This document shows positions 48,965-62,200 of a stretch of DNA of 64,000 nucleotides, piece by piece. Under the pieces are notes generated by a model. That model made no database searches. It saw only the letters and a list, made by a program, of their open reading frames with translations, and had not been told where the DNA came from. The stretch's first letter is position 1; every line of letters begins with the position of its first letter. The translations under genes and the position numbers were made by a program. This stretch comes from Mustelus asterias (Eukaryota), in NCBI RefSeq assembly GCF_964213995.1, contig NW_027590142.1, positions 1-64,000 on the forward strand, in the 5' to 3' direction.

Positions 48965-49340
48965 CCTGCGCTCTGATTGCTGGAGGACCAGAGTCCTTCC
49001 GGTCCTCCAACTCTTTCCATTGGTCAACACTTCAAGCATAAAGGTCGGGGGGGTGGGCACTCCCCGGAACATGCGCAGCTTCCCCTCTCCCTTGCACAGT
49101 CCAGTTTTTTGGGTGGGGAGGGGGGGGGGGGGGGGGGGGCGATCACCGAGCAGCTTCTCGCTCTGGCTGGAGCCGCCAACCGGTTGCCTGGAAACCTTGG
49201 CTCGAGTCGGTGGAGGGGGAGGGGAACAATGGGTGGGGGCGGGGCTCCCGGGTCCGCGCGCCCGGGCCTGCGCACTGGAACCCGGAGACGTCACCGCGGA
49301 GCACAGTGATTCCTATTGGCTGATTCAGGCATGCTCCATT
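48965..49340. promoter_or_regulatory. CpG-rich, probably bidirectional ZF promoter
   Basis: GGAGGACC-N11-GGTCCTCC, ATTGG, GC boxes; element A on both sides in opposite orientation (48640-48718, 49390-49505). Confidence 0.6.
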
Positions 49341-50158
49341 GTGATGTCACAATACGGAAGTTGTCCAATGAGCTTCAGAGTGAAATTTCCTCCTCTGGGC
49401 AACATCTGGGAGGAAATCAATGTTTCCCCCTTTCCATTTCTTTTCTCATTCTGGGGGAAATTGGGGACTTGCAGCAACTGAAGGGAAGGGAAAGGAAGTG
49501 AATCCAGTCTGTATATTCCACACATTGTTCGGCCGGTCAGGTAGACATGTTCCTGTTTGGCAGCCTGCATGGAGATTTCCAGCTCTCTGTGTCCAGAACA
49601 GGAAGCAGTGAGCATGGATCTGTCAATCAGCCTCAATCAGCACCTTCAGGAGAATTGGGAGGATGAATATTAGATACAGCAGAGTGAGAATGGAGGGAGA
49701 GTGTGTGGGATGGAGATTTACAGCTTTTGGAGAATGAGAGAGGAAAGAATGCTCCATAGAAACTGGAACTGTCTGTTCTGAATTTCTGTCCTGTACTGAC
49801 ACTGATGAATTTTGTAAATTCCTTTTGCAGGATATCAGAAGGCGAAAATTTAAAGACGAATATCAAACCAAACTTCACATCGAAATCTAACATCGTCACT
49901 CAGTTCATTGGGACCTGAATATCATCAACCTTTGAATCTAGAATGGAAATGTTTCTCTGCTTCAGGAGATTTTGAACATGTGTGACTGGAAAAGCACCGA
50001 GACACACACACTGAAACATGCACACACCTGAGTGACTGTGGAAAGAACTTTAACCAGTTAAACAGCCTGAAAATACATTGCAGCAGAGAGACCGCACCCA
50101 TGTTATGTTGTAACTGAACTGATTGTCAAGCCTGGAGAGTCACAAGGACACCCGCACC

Positions 50159-50400
50159 ATGGAGAAATTGTGTAAATGTGGGAACTGTGGGAAAGGATTC
50201 AGGTACCCATCTGCACTGGAAACTCATCGGTGCAGTCACACTGGGGAGAGACCATTCGCCTGCCCTGTGTGTGGGAAGGGATTCAGTCAGTTATCCCATT
50301 TACAAACACACCAGGGAGTTCACACTGGGGAGAGGGCATTCACCTGCTCTGTGTGTGGGAAAGGATTCACTCAGTTATCCAACCTGCTGAAACACAAGAT
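50159..50400 (+). pseudogene. Truncated C2H2 zinc-finger gene (2 complete fingers + 1 partial)
   Basis: [10 protein letters not shown]...; third finger lacks its last His; mini-exon donor mutated. Confidence 0.7.
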
Positions 50401-50584
50401 GTCAGAAGCACTGGAATCAGAGAAAAATTGCAATCTTCAAATATTCAAACTCCCTGCAAAAGGAGATTACAAGAGTCATGTGTCAATTGTGGCTTGAAAT
50501 TAAGAAATACACATTTTTTGGGGGCTTGAGATTGCTGTAAAAATCCTCTTTTTCTAACCATCTGTAAAAGGAGATTCCAAAACC

Positions 50585-50915
50585 ACAGAATCTCTGCAAT
50601 GCAGAAGGAGGCCTTTTAGCCGATCGAGTCTGCACCAAGTTTCTAACAGAGCACCTTTACTCAGGCCCTATCCCTGTAACCTGATGTACGTACATCACTA
50701 ATCCTTTCCTTCCCCCTCATCTTGGGACACAAAGGGACAATTTAGCATAGTCGATCAACCCACTCTTTGGAGTGTGGGAGGAAACCAGAGCACCCAGAGG
50801 AAACCCACACAGACAGAGGGAGAATGTGCAAACTCATACAGACAATCACCCGAGGCTGGAATTGAACCGGGTCTCTGGCGCTATGAGACAGAAGTGCTAA
50901 CCACTGTGTCACCCC
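50585..50915 (-). mobile_element. HE1-like SINE
   Basis: Diverged reverse copy. Confidence 0.75.
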
Positions 50916-51619
50916 CAACAGTCATTTGTCAGTCCCGAATATAAATCCATAACATTCTCCCCTCCTGTTTTCTAGCATAAGATTACTTAAGATGGAATAT
51001 ACTTACATTGGAAGCAATTCAGACAAGGTTCACGAGCTGATTTCGGGCATGAAGGGGTCTGTTTTATGAGGAAAGGTTCGGCAGGGTACATCTATGCTCA
51101 TTGGATTTTAGATAAATGAGATGTGATTGTTGGAGTGAAATTAAGACTGTGACCTTTGAAAGTTAATGCGTGCGTGACTACAGGGACCGGCTGCACCCAG
51201 CACTTATCCTGTGGTTAACAAAGATCATTCTGTTGCTGACTAAATAACGAACTAACCTTTGAGCTACATCCTGTTATTGTATAAAAAATACGGAACAGAC
51301 TAAAAAAACCAGACCGCGAGGTCCAGATGGTCCGTTTAGCTTCAGATAAAGCGGAACCGAAACAAGAAGTTGTGGGTTTTTGCAAACGGCTGTTTTTGAA
51401 GGAATGTGATTGGAGGTCAGTTGTTGCTAGGGGAGCCCAATTGGCTAAATACATGTAATCACCCAAAGTTAACGACGAAGTAACCGCTAATGTCTGTATG
51501 ATTAAAGTGTATAAAAGACGGCGAGCCGCCGCTCCAAATTGAGAAGGTGAAAGGCAGCATCCATGAACCCGGCCTGTCAGTCAATGACTCAAACATTGTC
51601 TCTCCTGGTCACCCAAATC

Positions 51620-51960
51620 TTGAAGCTCCGCCCACTGGCCGCGCATGCGCTCTGCTCCCCGCTAAACAAAGATGGCGGCCGCGGCACTGGGCCTGATCCC
51701 GGATAAAATCCCCGCAGCTGCAAACCCGGGACCGGAAGGCTCTTATTCAGACCTTGCAGCCTACAGCAGATGTTTATGAAGCCTCTGCTCCCTCCCCACC
51801 CCAACTCCCGGCTCCATTCCTCCCTCCGCCCCACCGACTCTCACCCCTTGAAATAAGCATCTCCACACTCGCAGGGCTCCGAGCAAAGTGACTATGCGCA
51901 TGCCCCAGATACAACGCTGCGTCTGCGTACTGGGCTCCTGTAGCGTGAATAGGGCACTTT
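51620..51960. promoter_or_regulatory. CpG-rich promoter-like region
   Basis: GCGCATGCGC (NRF1) and AAGATGGCGGC (YY1); partly an inverted paralog of 25720-25800. Confidence 0.5.
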
Positions 51961-52516
51961 CACACCCGCAACGGATGCTGGGTAATAACCGCCATTGAAA
52001 CTACATACAGTTAATTCAAAATAACATTGTTAGCATTTGAGGTAAATTAATGAAATATTGAGAATTGGTGATCTGCTGTGCTCCATTTCTTAAAGTTCTG
52101 CTGCAGGACCATGCAATGGTTTCAAAGCTTTTATAACGTTTCCCCTCTCACTCCTTTTATGGCACTGATTCTGGCTGGGTTCAATCGCACAGTCACTGGT
52201 ACTTCTCTCTGTCCCTGATACTGAATATTCACTCTTTTCGAGAATGATACAGCACAAATAGAAACCATTTGGCCCATTGTGTCTCTGCTGGCTCTCTAGG
52301 AGATCTATCCAATTAATTCCACAGCCCAGCTGGTCGAGTCAGAACAATGCATATCTGCTGTAGTAATCTGAGACCTTAATGGAAAAGGGTTTCCACAGTT
52401 AAGCATATCAGGTGCCTGGTAGAATTTAGTTGAATGTTTCTGCAGATCCCATATACTGCAGTGACATTATCCTAAAGGGCCAAGGGAGTATTCCAGTGTG
52501 TTAACCAGAATCATCC

Positions 52517-52830
52517 AGGGCACAACCTCAGGCGAAAGAGGGCACAACCTCAGGCGAAAGGGACGATCCTTTAAACAGAGATTAGGAGGAATTTCTTCAG
52601 TCAGAGATTGGTGAATCTGTGGAACTCTTTGCCACAGAAGGCTGTGGAGGCCAGGTCATTGAGTGTCTTTAAGACAGAGATAGATTGGTTCTTGATTAAT
52701 GAAGGGATCAGGGGTTATGGGGAAAAGGCAGGAGAATGGGGATGAGAAAAATATCAGCCATGCCTAAATGGCGGAGCAGACTCAATGGGCCGAGTGGCCT
52801 AATTCTGCTCCTATGTCTAATAGTTTTATG
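52517..52830 (+). mobile_element. CR1 3' fragment
   Basis: RNFFSQR.VNLWN and tail; ~21-bp tandem duplication at the 5' junction. Confidence 0.75.
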
Positions 52831-53344
52831 GTTAAGAGTGGATGAATGTTAGAATTACAAAGAACAGGCATTCATATCCTGAATTTTCATAATTATCATT
52901 TGTCTGGTATGTTTCAGTATGAAAGAATTCCATGTACTTATCAGGTGAGAGGTCGTGTCCAAATGACCTGAAAAAGACAAATCACTGTTAGATTGCACTG
53001 GGGTTTATGTGATCAGGTTTTGGTTTTATGAACAAGGTCTGTATCAGACTGGAGCTGTGTCTTTGATTCTCCACAACAGTTGGAGTATCCTTACTAAATA
53101 TCCACCACAACCACAACAGTCCGGAAGACTGAGGTTATTGTGATCACAGCCCTTCAAATTGGATGCACAAATTCTTTCCCACACGGAGCAGGTGAATGGT
53201 CTTTTCCCTATGTGTGTACATTTAGGCAGTGGCATAGTGATATTGTCACTGGAGCAGTAACCCAGAGACCCAGGGCAATGTTCTGACCATGAAACCATTG
53301 CTGATTGCTCACTAACATCCTCTGGGGAAGGAAATCTGCAGTCC

Positions 53345-53551
53345 CTCTCCCCACCCTATACCCGTAATCCCATACATTTACCATGGCCATTCCACCTAGC
53401 ACATTTTTGGAGTGTGGAAGAAACCGGAGCACACGGAGGAAATCCACACAAACACAGAAAGAATGTGCAAACTCCACACAGGTTGAAATTGAACTCAGGT
53501 GTCTGGATCTGTGAGGCAGCAGTGCGAACCGCCATGCCACCGTGCTGCCCA
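53345..53551 (-). mobile_element. HE1-like SINE, partial
   Basis: tRNA head at 53551. Confidence 0.7.
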
Positions 53552-54207
53552 AATAGGAGACCAAAAGTCTCCTTGGGAGACACCAAGTTCAAAGACTTTG
53601 GAGAGGAAAGGGAGGCTGGAGATGGGGCCATAATTTGCAAGCAAAGTGGGATCAAAGGGTTTTTTTTCAGAAAGGGTGATGTTTGTGTATTTAAAAGTGA
53701 GAGGAACAAAACCAGAAGAGAGAGAGAGAATCATTAACAATATCAGCCAATATGGGGAAGTTGGATGGTCGGCAATTTAGTGGAAATAGAGTCAGGGCAA
53801 AACAGGAAAGAAACTGTTGAAAGATGTGGGTTTGGGGCTCAGACAGGGAAAGGCTTTAGATACATTAGTTTGGCTCAGTGGGAGGGTGGAAGAGAGGGAA
53901 GCAGCAGGGGCAGCTGAATGGGTTGGCTCAATCCGAGTGACAAAGAAGCTCCATGACTTCATCATACTTTTTGTTGGGGGTCAGGATGGAGGAGACAGGG
54001 GAGAGGGAGAGCCATTCGAAAGGAATGGACTTGAGTCAGAGATAAAAAAAGTTTCAACAGATTGTTTAACATAAAAGCAGATTTATTTGACTTTCATCCA
54101 GGACATTAGTATTTATATGTGGGCTCAAATTTATTTACATCAGAGGCAAATTACCACAATCAACATGTTTGTGATTTGTGATAAACAGCAGAATCAAACT
54201 CCAGCAG

Positions 54208-55075
54208 TCACTTGTCAACTCGCTGATGGCTCAACAGGTTGTATTTCTGAGTGAATCCCTTTCCACATTTGGAGCAGGTGAACGGCCTCTCCCCAGTGTG
54301 AATTCGCTGGTGGACAGTGAGTTGGGATGGTCGCCTGAACCCAGTCCCGCAGTGAGTGCACTTGAACGGTCTCTCATCAGTGTGACCACATTGATGAGAC
54401 ATCAGATCACTGGAGCTTTTATAGCATTTCCCGCAGTCTGGACATTTAAAAGGTCTCTCCTCACTGTGAACACGTTGATGGGACACTAGATTGCTGGAAC
54501 TTTTACAGCACTTCCCAAAATCTGGACATTTGAACGGTCTCTCATCGGTGTGAACTTGCTGATGTGCCATGAGGTGTGATGTCCGAGTGAATCCCTTCCC
54601 ACAGTCGGTGCAGGTGAACGGCCGCTCCCCAGTGTGAATTCACTGGTGTTCAGTGAGTTGAGATGACCACCTGAACCCAGTCCCGCAGTGAGAGCACCTG
54701 AACGGTCTCTGGTGTGTCAGCAGGGTGGATGACTGAGTGAATCCTCTCCCACACTCAGAGCAGGTGAACAGCCTCTCCCCAGTGTTACTGTATTGGTGAA
54801 TTTCCAGCTCAGACAGGTCTCTGAATCCTTCCCCACATTTCCATGGTTTCTCCTCAGTGTGACTGCACTTGTGTCTTGACAGGCCAGATGATTGTCTAAA
54901 TCCTTGTCCACACACACAACACATGTACAGTTTCACCCCATTGTGAACCGTGGTTTTTCCTTCCATGCTCAAGGTTCAGTTATATTCAGGTTACAATAAG
55001 TTGGGCGACTCAGTCAAATCCTGATGTGATGTTTGGTTTGAGTTTCCTGACTGCAAATCCTCCACTTCTAAAACC
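54208..55075 (-). pseudogene. C2H2 zinc-finger gene with stop and deletions; paralog of the 6011 gene region
   Basis: ORFs 54640-54972 and 54208-54570; acceptor and upstream intron match 7075-7700. Confidence 0.75.
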
Positions 55076-55679
55076 CTGTGAAATTGATTTAAAACAGTGA
55101 AAAGGGAGTGAGAGAGATCCCACAAAAACACAAAGGCAGGTTGTGAAATTGAGCTGAATGAATCTGGTCATTTGTGGGGCCGGCACCAGAAAAAAGTGAC
55201 CATGGAAACTGCTGGATTGTCATAAAAACCCAACTGGTTCACTAATGCCTTTCAGGGAAGGGAATCTGCCATCCAGTCTGGGACTCCACAAGGCTCTGGC
55301 CTCAATGGATGGAGAGAGAGGTGGGGGCAAAGGAGGGACTTTATGTATCTACAACTCAACCAGTGGTTTGAACCTTAAAACCGTTAACCTGCACACCGAG
55401 AAGGATCAGGGTAAGAGGTGTATGTGAACACCATCATCTCCAAATTCCCTCCAATTTTACACACCATCCTCCCTTGTCTGACATCCAGGACTGGATGAGC
55501 AGTAATTGCCTTTGTTAAATATTGGAAGATGAAGGCTGTCATCATCAGCCCTGCAACAAATCCCACTTCCTAACCACTGACTCCATCTGTCCCCATTGCG
55601 ACTGTCTGAGGCTGAACCGGAATATTCACAACCTCAGTGACATGTTTCACTTCAAACTGAGCTTCCAAACATATCCTCA

Positions 55680-56480
55680 TAGAATCTACCGCACGGAGAC
55701 AGGCCCTTCGGCCCAAACTGGTCCACGCTCACCAAAAATGCCCATGTGAGCTAACTCCATTTGGCCCATATCCCTCTGAACCTTTCCTATCCATGTATCT
55801 GTCCAAATGCCTTTTAAATGTTGACAATGGCCCTGCCTCAACCACTTCCTCCGGCAGCTCATTCCACATACGTACCACCCTCTGTGTAAAAAAGCTGCTC
55901 CTCAGGTTCCCATTCATTCTTTCTCCTCTTAACTTAAACTTATGCCCTCTAATTCTTAATTCCCCAACCCTGCGAAAAAGACTGAGTGCATTCAACCTAT
56001 CCATGCCTCTCATGATCTTACACACCTCTATAAGATCACCCCTCAGTCTCCTACGCTCCAAAGAAAAAAGTCCTAGCCCGTCCAATCTCTCCCTGTAACT
56101 TGAGTCCTGGCAACATCCTTGTAAATCTCTTCTGCACTCTCTCCAGTTTAATAACATCTTTCCAAATCAAGGTGACCAAAACTGAACACAATATTCCAGG
56201 TGCAGCCTCACCAAAGTCCTGTACAACTGCAACATAACTTCCCAACTCCTATACTCAATGCCCTGACTGATAAAGGCCAGCATGCCAAAAGCCTTCTTCA
56301 CTGCCCTATCTACGTGTGACTCCAACTTAAGAGAACCGTGTACCTGAACTCCAAGGTCCCTCTGTTCCACGATACTCCCTGAGGTCCTCCCATTCACCGT
56401 GAAAGTTCTACCTTGGTTTGACTTTCCATGATGCAACACCTCACACTGATCTGTATTTAACTCTATTTGCCACATCACCA
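55680..56480 (-). mobile_element. CR1 3' fragment
   Basis: [28 protein letters not shown]. Confidence 0.85.
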
Positions 56481-56555
56481 TCTACACTACCTATTTCCAC
56501 CTCAGTGACACCGCCCCACTTTGTCCTGGCCTCAGCTCACCTGCTGCTGAAACCG

Positions 56556-59500
56556 GGTGGAGGAAGAAATTGCTAAGCAGATTATGGATAGGTGTGGGGG
56601 TCACAGGGTAGTTGTCATGGGGGACTTTAACTTTCCAAATATTGATTGGAACCTATGTAGGTCGAACAGTTTGGATGGGGCAGTTTTTGTGCAGTGTGTG
56701 CAGGAGGGTTTCCTGACACAATATGTGGATAGGCCGACAAGAGGTGGGGCCACATTGGATTTGGTACTGGGAAATGAACCGGGCCAAGTGTTAGATTTGG
56801 TTGTGGGAGAGCACTTTGGAGATAGATATAAAAGCAGGGATGTCTTGATATAAAAGCAGGGATGTCTTGATGCACCTGTACAGGGCATTGGTGAGGCCGC
56901 AGCTGGAATACTGTGTGCAGTATTGGTCCCCTTATATGAGGAAGGATATATTGGCATTGGAGGGAGTGCAGAGAAGGTTCACCAGGTTGATACCGGAGAT
57001 GAGGGGTTTGGATTATGAGGAGAGGCTGAGGAGATTGGGTTTGTACTCGTTGGAGTTTAGAAGGATGAGGGGGGATCTTATGGAGACTTATAAGATAATG
57101 CGGGGGCTGGATAGGGTGGAGGCGGAGAGATTCTTTCCACTTAGTAAGGAAGTTAAAACTAGAGGACACAGCCTCAAAATAAAGGGGGGTCGGTTTAAGA
57201 CAGAGTTGAGGAGGAACTTCTTCTCCCAGAGGGTGGTGAATCTCTGGAATTCTCTGCCCACTGAGGTGGTGGAGGCTACCTCGCTGAATATGTTTAAAGC
57301 GCGGATGGATGGATTCCTGATCGGTAAGGGTATTAAGGGTTATGGGGATCAGGCGGGTAAGTGGTACTGATCCACGTCAGATCAGCCATGATCTTATTGA
57401 ATGGCGGGGCAGGCTCGAGGGGCTAGATGGCCTACTCCTGCTCCTATTTCTTATGTTCTTATGATAGTGACCACAATTCGGTGTCTTTTGTTATTGCAAT
57501 GGAGAGGGATAGGGCCTTACGGCAGGGCAAGGTTTATAATTGAGGGAGAGGTCATTATGATGCGATTAGGCAAGAATTAGGGGGCATAAAATGGGAACAG
57601 AAACTGTCGGGGAAAGGCACTAATGAAAAGTGGAACTTTTTCAAGGAACAAATACTGTGTGTCCTTGATAGGTATGTCCCTGTCAGGCAGGGAGGAAATG
57701 GCCGAGTGAGGGAACCATGGTTCACAAAAGAGGTGGAATGTCTTGCAAAAAGGAAGAGGGAAGCTTATGAGGAAACAAGGTTCAGATGGCTCGATTGAGG
57801 GTTACAGGTTAGCAAGGAATGAGCTGAAAAAGGGGCTTAGGAGAGCTAGGAGGGGGCATGAGAAGTCCTTGGCGGGTCGGATCAAGGAAAATCCCAAGGC
57901 CTTATGTGAGGAATAAAAGAATGACCAGGGTGAGGTTAGGGACGGTTAAGGACAGTAGTGGGAACTTGTGTATGGAGTCAGTAGAGATAGGAGAGGTGAT
58001 GAAAGAATACTTTTCTTCAGTGTTCACCAAGGAGAGGGGTCATGTTTTTGAGGAAGAGAAGGTGTTACAGGCTAATCGGCTGGAGGAAGTAGATGTTCGG
58101 CAGGAGGGTGTACTCGCAGTTTTGAATAAACTGAAGGTCGAGAAGTCCCCCGGGCCTGATGAAATATATCCTCGGATTCTTTGGGAGGCAAGGGATGAGA
58201 TTGCAGAGCCTTTGGCTTTGATCTTTGGGTCCTCACTGTCCACGGGGATGGTGCCAGAGGACTGGAGAGTGGCGAATGTTGTTCCTCTCTTTAAGAAAGG
58301 GAATAGAAATGACCCTGGTAATTATAGGCCGGTTAGTCTTACTTCGGTGGTTGGTAAGTTGATGGAAAAGGTCCTTAGGGATGGGATTTACGACCATTTA
58401 GAAAGATGCGGATTAATCCGGGATAGTCAGCACGGATTCGTGAAGGGCAAGTCGTGCCTCACAAATTTGATAGAATTTTTTGAGGAGATAACTAAGTGTG
58501 TTGACGAAGGTAGGGCAGTTGATGTCAGAAACATGGATTTTAGTAAGGCGTTTGATGAGGTCCCCCATGGTCAGCTTATGATGAAAGTAAGGAGGTTGGG
58601 ATAGAGGGAAAGTTGGCTGATTAGATAGGTAACTGGCTGTCTGATCAAAGACAGAGGGTGGTGGTGAATGGAAAATTTTCGGACTGGAGGCAGGTTGCTA
58701 GCGGAGTGCCACAGGAATCAGTGCTTGGTCCTCTGCTATTTGTGATTTTTATTAATGACCGAGAGGAGGTGGCTGAAGGGTGGATCAGTAAATTTGCTGA
58801 TGACACCAAGATTGGTGGAGTAGTGGATGAGGTGGAGGGCTGTTATAGACTGTAAAGAGACATAGATAGGATGCAAAGCTGGGCTGAAAAATGGCAGATG
58901 GAGTTTAACCCTGATAAATGTGAGGTTTTTCATTTTGGTACGACAAATTTAAGTGTGGATTACAGGGTCAAAGGTGGGGTTCTGAAGACTGTGGAGGAAC
59001 AGAGAGATCTTGGGGTCCATATCCACAGATCTCTGAAGGTTGCCACTCAAATGGATAGAGCTGTGAAGAAGGCCAATAGTGTGTCAGCTTTTATTAACAG
59101 GGGGTTGGAGTTTAAGAGCCGTGGGGTTATGCTGCAACTGTACAGGACCTTGCTGAGACCAAATTTGGAATATTGTGTGCAGTTCTGGTCACCTCACTAT
59201 AAGAAGGATGTGGAAGCGCTGGAAAGAGTGCAAAGGAGATTTACCAGGATGCTGCCTGGTTTGGAGGGTAAGTCTTATGAGGAAAGGTTGAGGGAGCTCG
59301 GGCTGTTCTCTCTGGAGCGGAGGAGGCTGAGGGGAGACTTAATAGAGGTTTATAAAATGATGAAGGGGATAGATAGAGTGACCGTTCAAAGACTATTTCC
59401 TCGGGTGGATGGAGGTATGACAAGGGGGCACAACTATAGGGGTCATGGTGGGAGATATAGGAAGGATATCAGAGGTAGGTTCTTTACGCAGAGAGTGGTT

Positions 59501-59680
59501 GGGGTGTGGAATGTACTGCCTGCAGTGATAGTGGAGTCAGACACTTTAGGAACATATAAGCGGTTATTGGATAGGCACATGGAGCACACCAGGATGATAG
59601 GGAGTGGGATAGCTTGATCTTGGTTTCAGATAAAGCTCAGCACAGCATCGTGGGCCGAAGGGCCTGTTCTATGTTCGATG
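56556..59680 (+). mobile_element. CR1 LINE ORF2 (EN-RT), frameshifted, with nested CR1 3' end (56826-57462)
   Basis: GDFNFPNIDW, FADD, GATAG target-site duplication around the nested copy. Confidence 0.9.
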
Positions 59681-59684
59681 TATG

Positions 59685-60430
59685 ACTTACTCAGTTAATG
59701 GTATGTGTTGGGGAGTGTTACAGAACAGAGAGATCTAAGGGTACATGTTCATAGCTCCTTGAAAGTGGAGTCACAGGTGGACAGAGTGGTGAAGAAGGCA
59801 TTCGGCATGCTTGGTTTCATTGGTCAGAACATTGAATACAGGAGTTGGGACATCTTGTTGAAGTTGTACAAGACATTGGTAAGGCCACACTTGGAATACT
59901 ATGTACAGTTCTGGTCACCCTATTATAGAAAGGATATTATTAAACTAGAAAGAGTGCAGAAGAGATTTACTAGAATGCTACCAGACTTGATGGTTTGAGT
60001 TAGAAGGAGAGGCTGGATAGACTGGGACTTTTTTCTCTTGGGCTGAGGAGGCTGAGGGTGATGTTATAGAGGCCTATAAAATAATGAGGGGCATAGATCA
60101 GCTAGATAGTCAATATCTTTTCCCAAAGGTAGGGGAGTCTAAAACTGGGGGGCATAGGTTTAAGGTGAGAGGGGAAGATAGAAAAATGTCCAAAGGGGCA
60201 ATTGTTTCGCACAGAGGGTGGTGAGTGTCTGGAACAAGCTGCCAGAGGTAGTAGTAGAGGGGGTACAGTTTTGCATTTTAAAAAGCATTGAGACAGTTAC
60301 ATGGGTAAAATGGGTATAGAGGGATATGGGCGAAATGCGGACAATTGGGACGAGCTCAGGGGTTTCAAAAAAAGGGTGGCATGGACAAGTTGGGCCGAAG
60401 GGTCTGTTTCCATGCTGTAAACCTCTATGC
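59685..60430 (+). mobile_element. CR1 3' fragment
   Basis: Same family as 46800-47550. Confidence 0.85.
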
Positions 60431-60823
60431 CTGTTTGCCATGGATCAAACTGACACCCAGGAACTCCCAAATGCTGCAGCTTGAATGTGTACTAATAAAC
60501 TATTTCTTTTATCCAATGATAATTTATTTTTGTTTTTAAGTATTTTATTAACCTTACCACCTGTTGCTATACTATTTTGATCCTTAGGAACAGAATAAAT
60601 CTTAGTTACTTCGCAGATACTCACCAAAAATCTGGCTTCTTCTCCTGTAGAAGAGTAAGATCACTTCCCAAAGGCTGAGAAAGTTGGAAAGCAAAAGGGC
60701 ACCCCCTTCCCTTCCTTCCCTAACTCCCTTAATTACCCAACTCCCAGAACTCTATTCTAAGCTGCACTCAAGTGATGCCGGTTCAGAGCTGTTTCTGAGC
60801 TGTAGATTCAATACAATACTCAC

Positions 60824-62018
60824 TTGCAGACATGGACATCAAGGCCTGTATGGGTCTCCAGGCCATCATGCACACCATCATGATAGGGAGGATGGAGATG
60901 GTGTTGCCAGCCATGTACATGATGAACAGATTCATGGGCAGCTGTTTCAGTGGGTCCAAGGCGGTGTCCCAGCAGGACTGAAAACAGAAAGTGAGCAGTG
61001 TATCAGTAAAGGGGGCCGGTTAGGGGAGGCCATATGCTGATCTTATACCCAGGCCTGGAAGTAAGGATGATGATTAACCCTTTATCACACAGGCTGCTGT
61101 GGTTCACCAAGGTACTTCACCACCGTGGACAAACCAGGGGCGTTGTCAGTCACACACTAAAGACACATTCAAATCCAACTTACTTTCTCGACCAGGATCC
61201 GGTCTGTTTCTTGGACGCAGATGTCCGGTAGCTGTTTGTCCGAACATGCGACTGGGCACGTGGAGTCTCTCTGGCCACACTGTTGATCACGGCTCCTATG
61301 AGAAACAGAAAACACAAATTGGTCACCCTTTCAAGACCTTTTCTCAAGAGGGAGTCTCTCTGTTGAGGACCCCAACGTGGTGGCAATAGTGCCAGCACGA
61401 ATTAAAGCTTGGGCAAACCTCAGACACACACTGCCATTGCGTGTACCAAACTGCCAGGGTAATGGAGGGATGCAGAAGTGGATTTAGTGTGAATTGATAA
61501 TCAGGATGCCAATCCGCTTGCCCTCCATTTAGGGACAAAGCGACAAATCACCAGATGTACCAAATTGTATCTTGAAAACAAACACTGCGGGATATTGAGA
61601 GAGATCCAGTTCAGCACCCGGCCCTGGAAACGAGCAATCGTTCCTCCAACCACCACCGCAGTTGGCACCTGATCAGGTGGAGGGGCTGAAACCAAAAGGG
61701 CATCTCAGGGTTATGACCTGGGGAAAAGATGCCAAGTGGGGTCTGAGTGATTTCTGGAGGATTTGAGGGGCTGCTTTGTGCTGAGGAGCTCGGTGAGGGG
61801 TAAAAGAGGCGTGAATAACCCGAAGTTGAGAAGTTTTGGGTTGGTGTCACATCCCCAGGTCGCCTCCGCTGGAGAGGCGAGCTGACCCGGCTTGCCTCCT
61901 ACTCGAGCCCCCGGCTCCCCGCGCGGCCTCCGCAACTGCTGCCACTGTCGCTCAGGTTGAGCTCGAGGGTCCACGTGTGCCAGCGCGCGCTGTTGGCGAG
62001 CCCCGCCCCTGCCGCCAT
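60824..62018 (-). pseudogene. EMC4: EMC4 (TMEM85) partial copy: exon 1 62018-61936, exon 2 61295-61184, exon 3 60977-60824
   Basis: [19 protein letters not shown] / [51 protein letters not shown]; exon-1 donor reads TT; exons 4-5 not found. Confidence 0.85.
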
Positions 62019-62019
62019 G

Positions 62020-62200
62020 GCAACGCCTGCCACCGTTAACCGTTCCCCCTTTCAAATCTGATTCCGATCCAGAGAAGAACCCGCGCGCTTCCGTCAACAA
62101 AACACTCCGCTGCAATGCGCATGTGCGATCCCAACCTCCTCAGCGTTCTGCGTACACCGCCCATTGCCCCGCCCCCACGTCGCCGCCATCTTTGTTAAGG
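62020..62200. promoter_or_regulatory. EMC4 CpG promoter
   Basis: TGCGCATGTGCG, CCCGCCCC, CGCCGCCATCTT. Confidence 0.6.

Noticed and set aside
51150-51600. Possible solo LTR (also 5500-5900)
   Set aside because: TATA-like motif only; could not define termini or a TSD
60625-60644. 20-nt AG/GT-bounded mini-exon after EMC4 exon 3
   Set aside because: Not EMC4 exon 4; lies in what looks like a minus-strand CR1 5' region (SSCSIWE ORF1-like motif)
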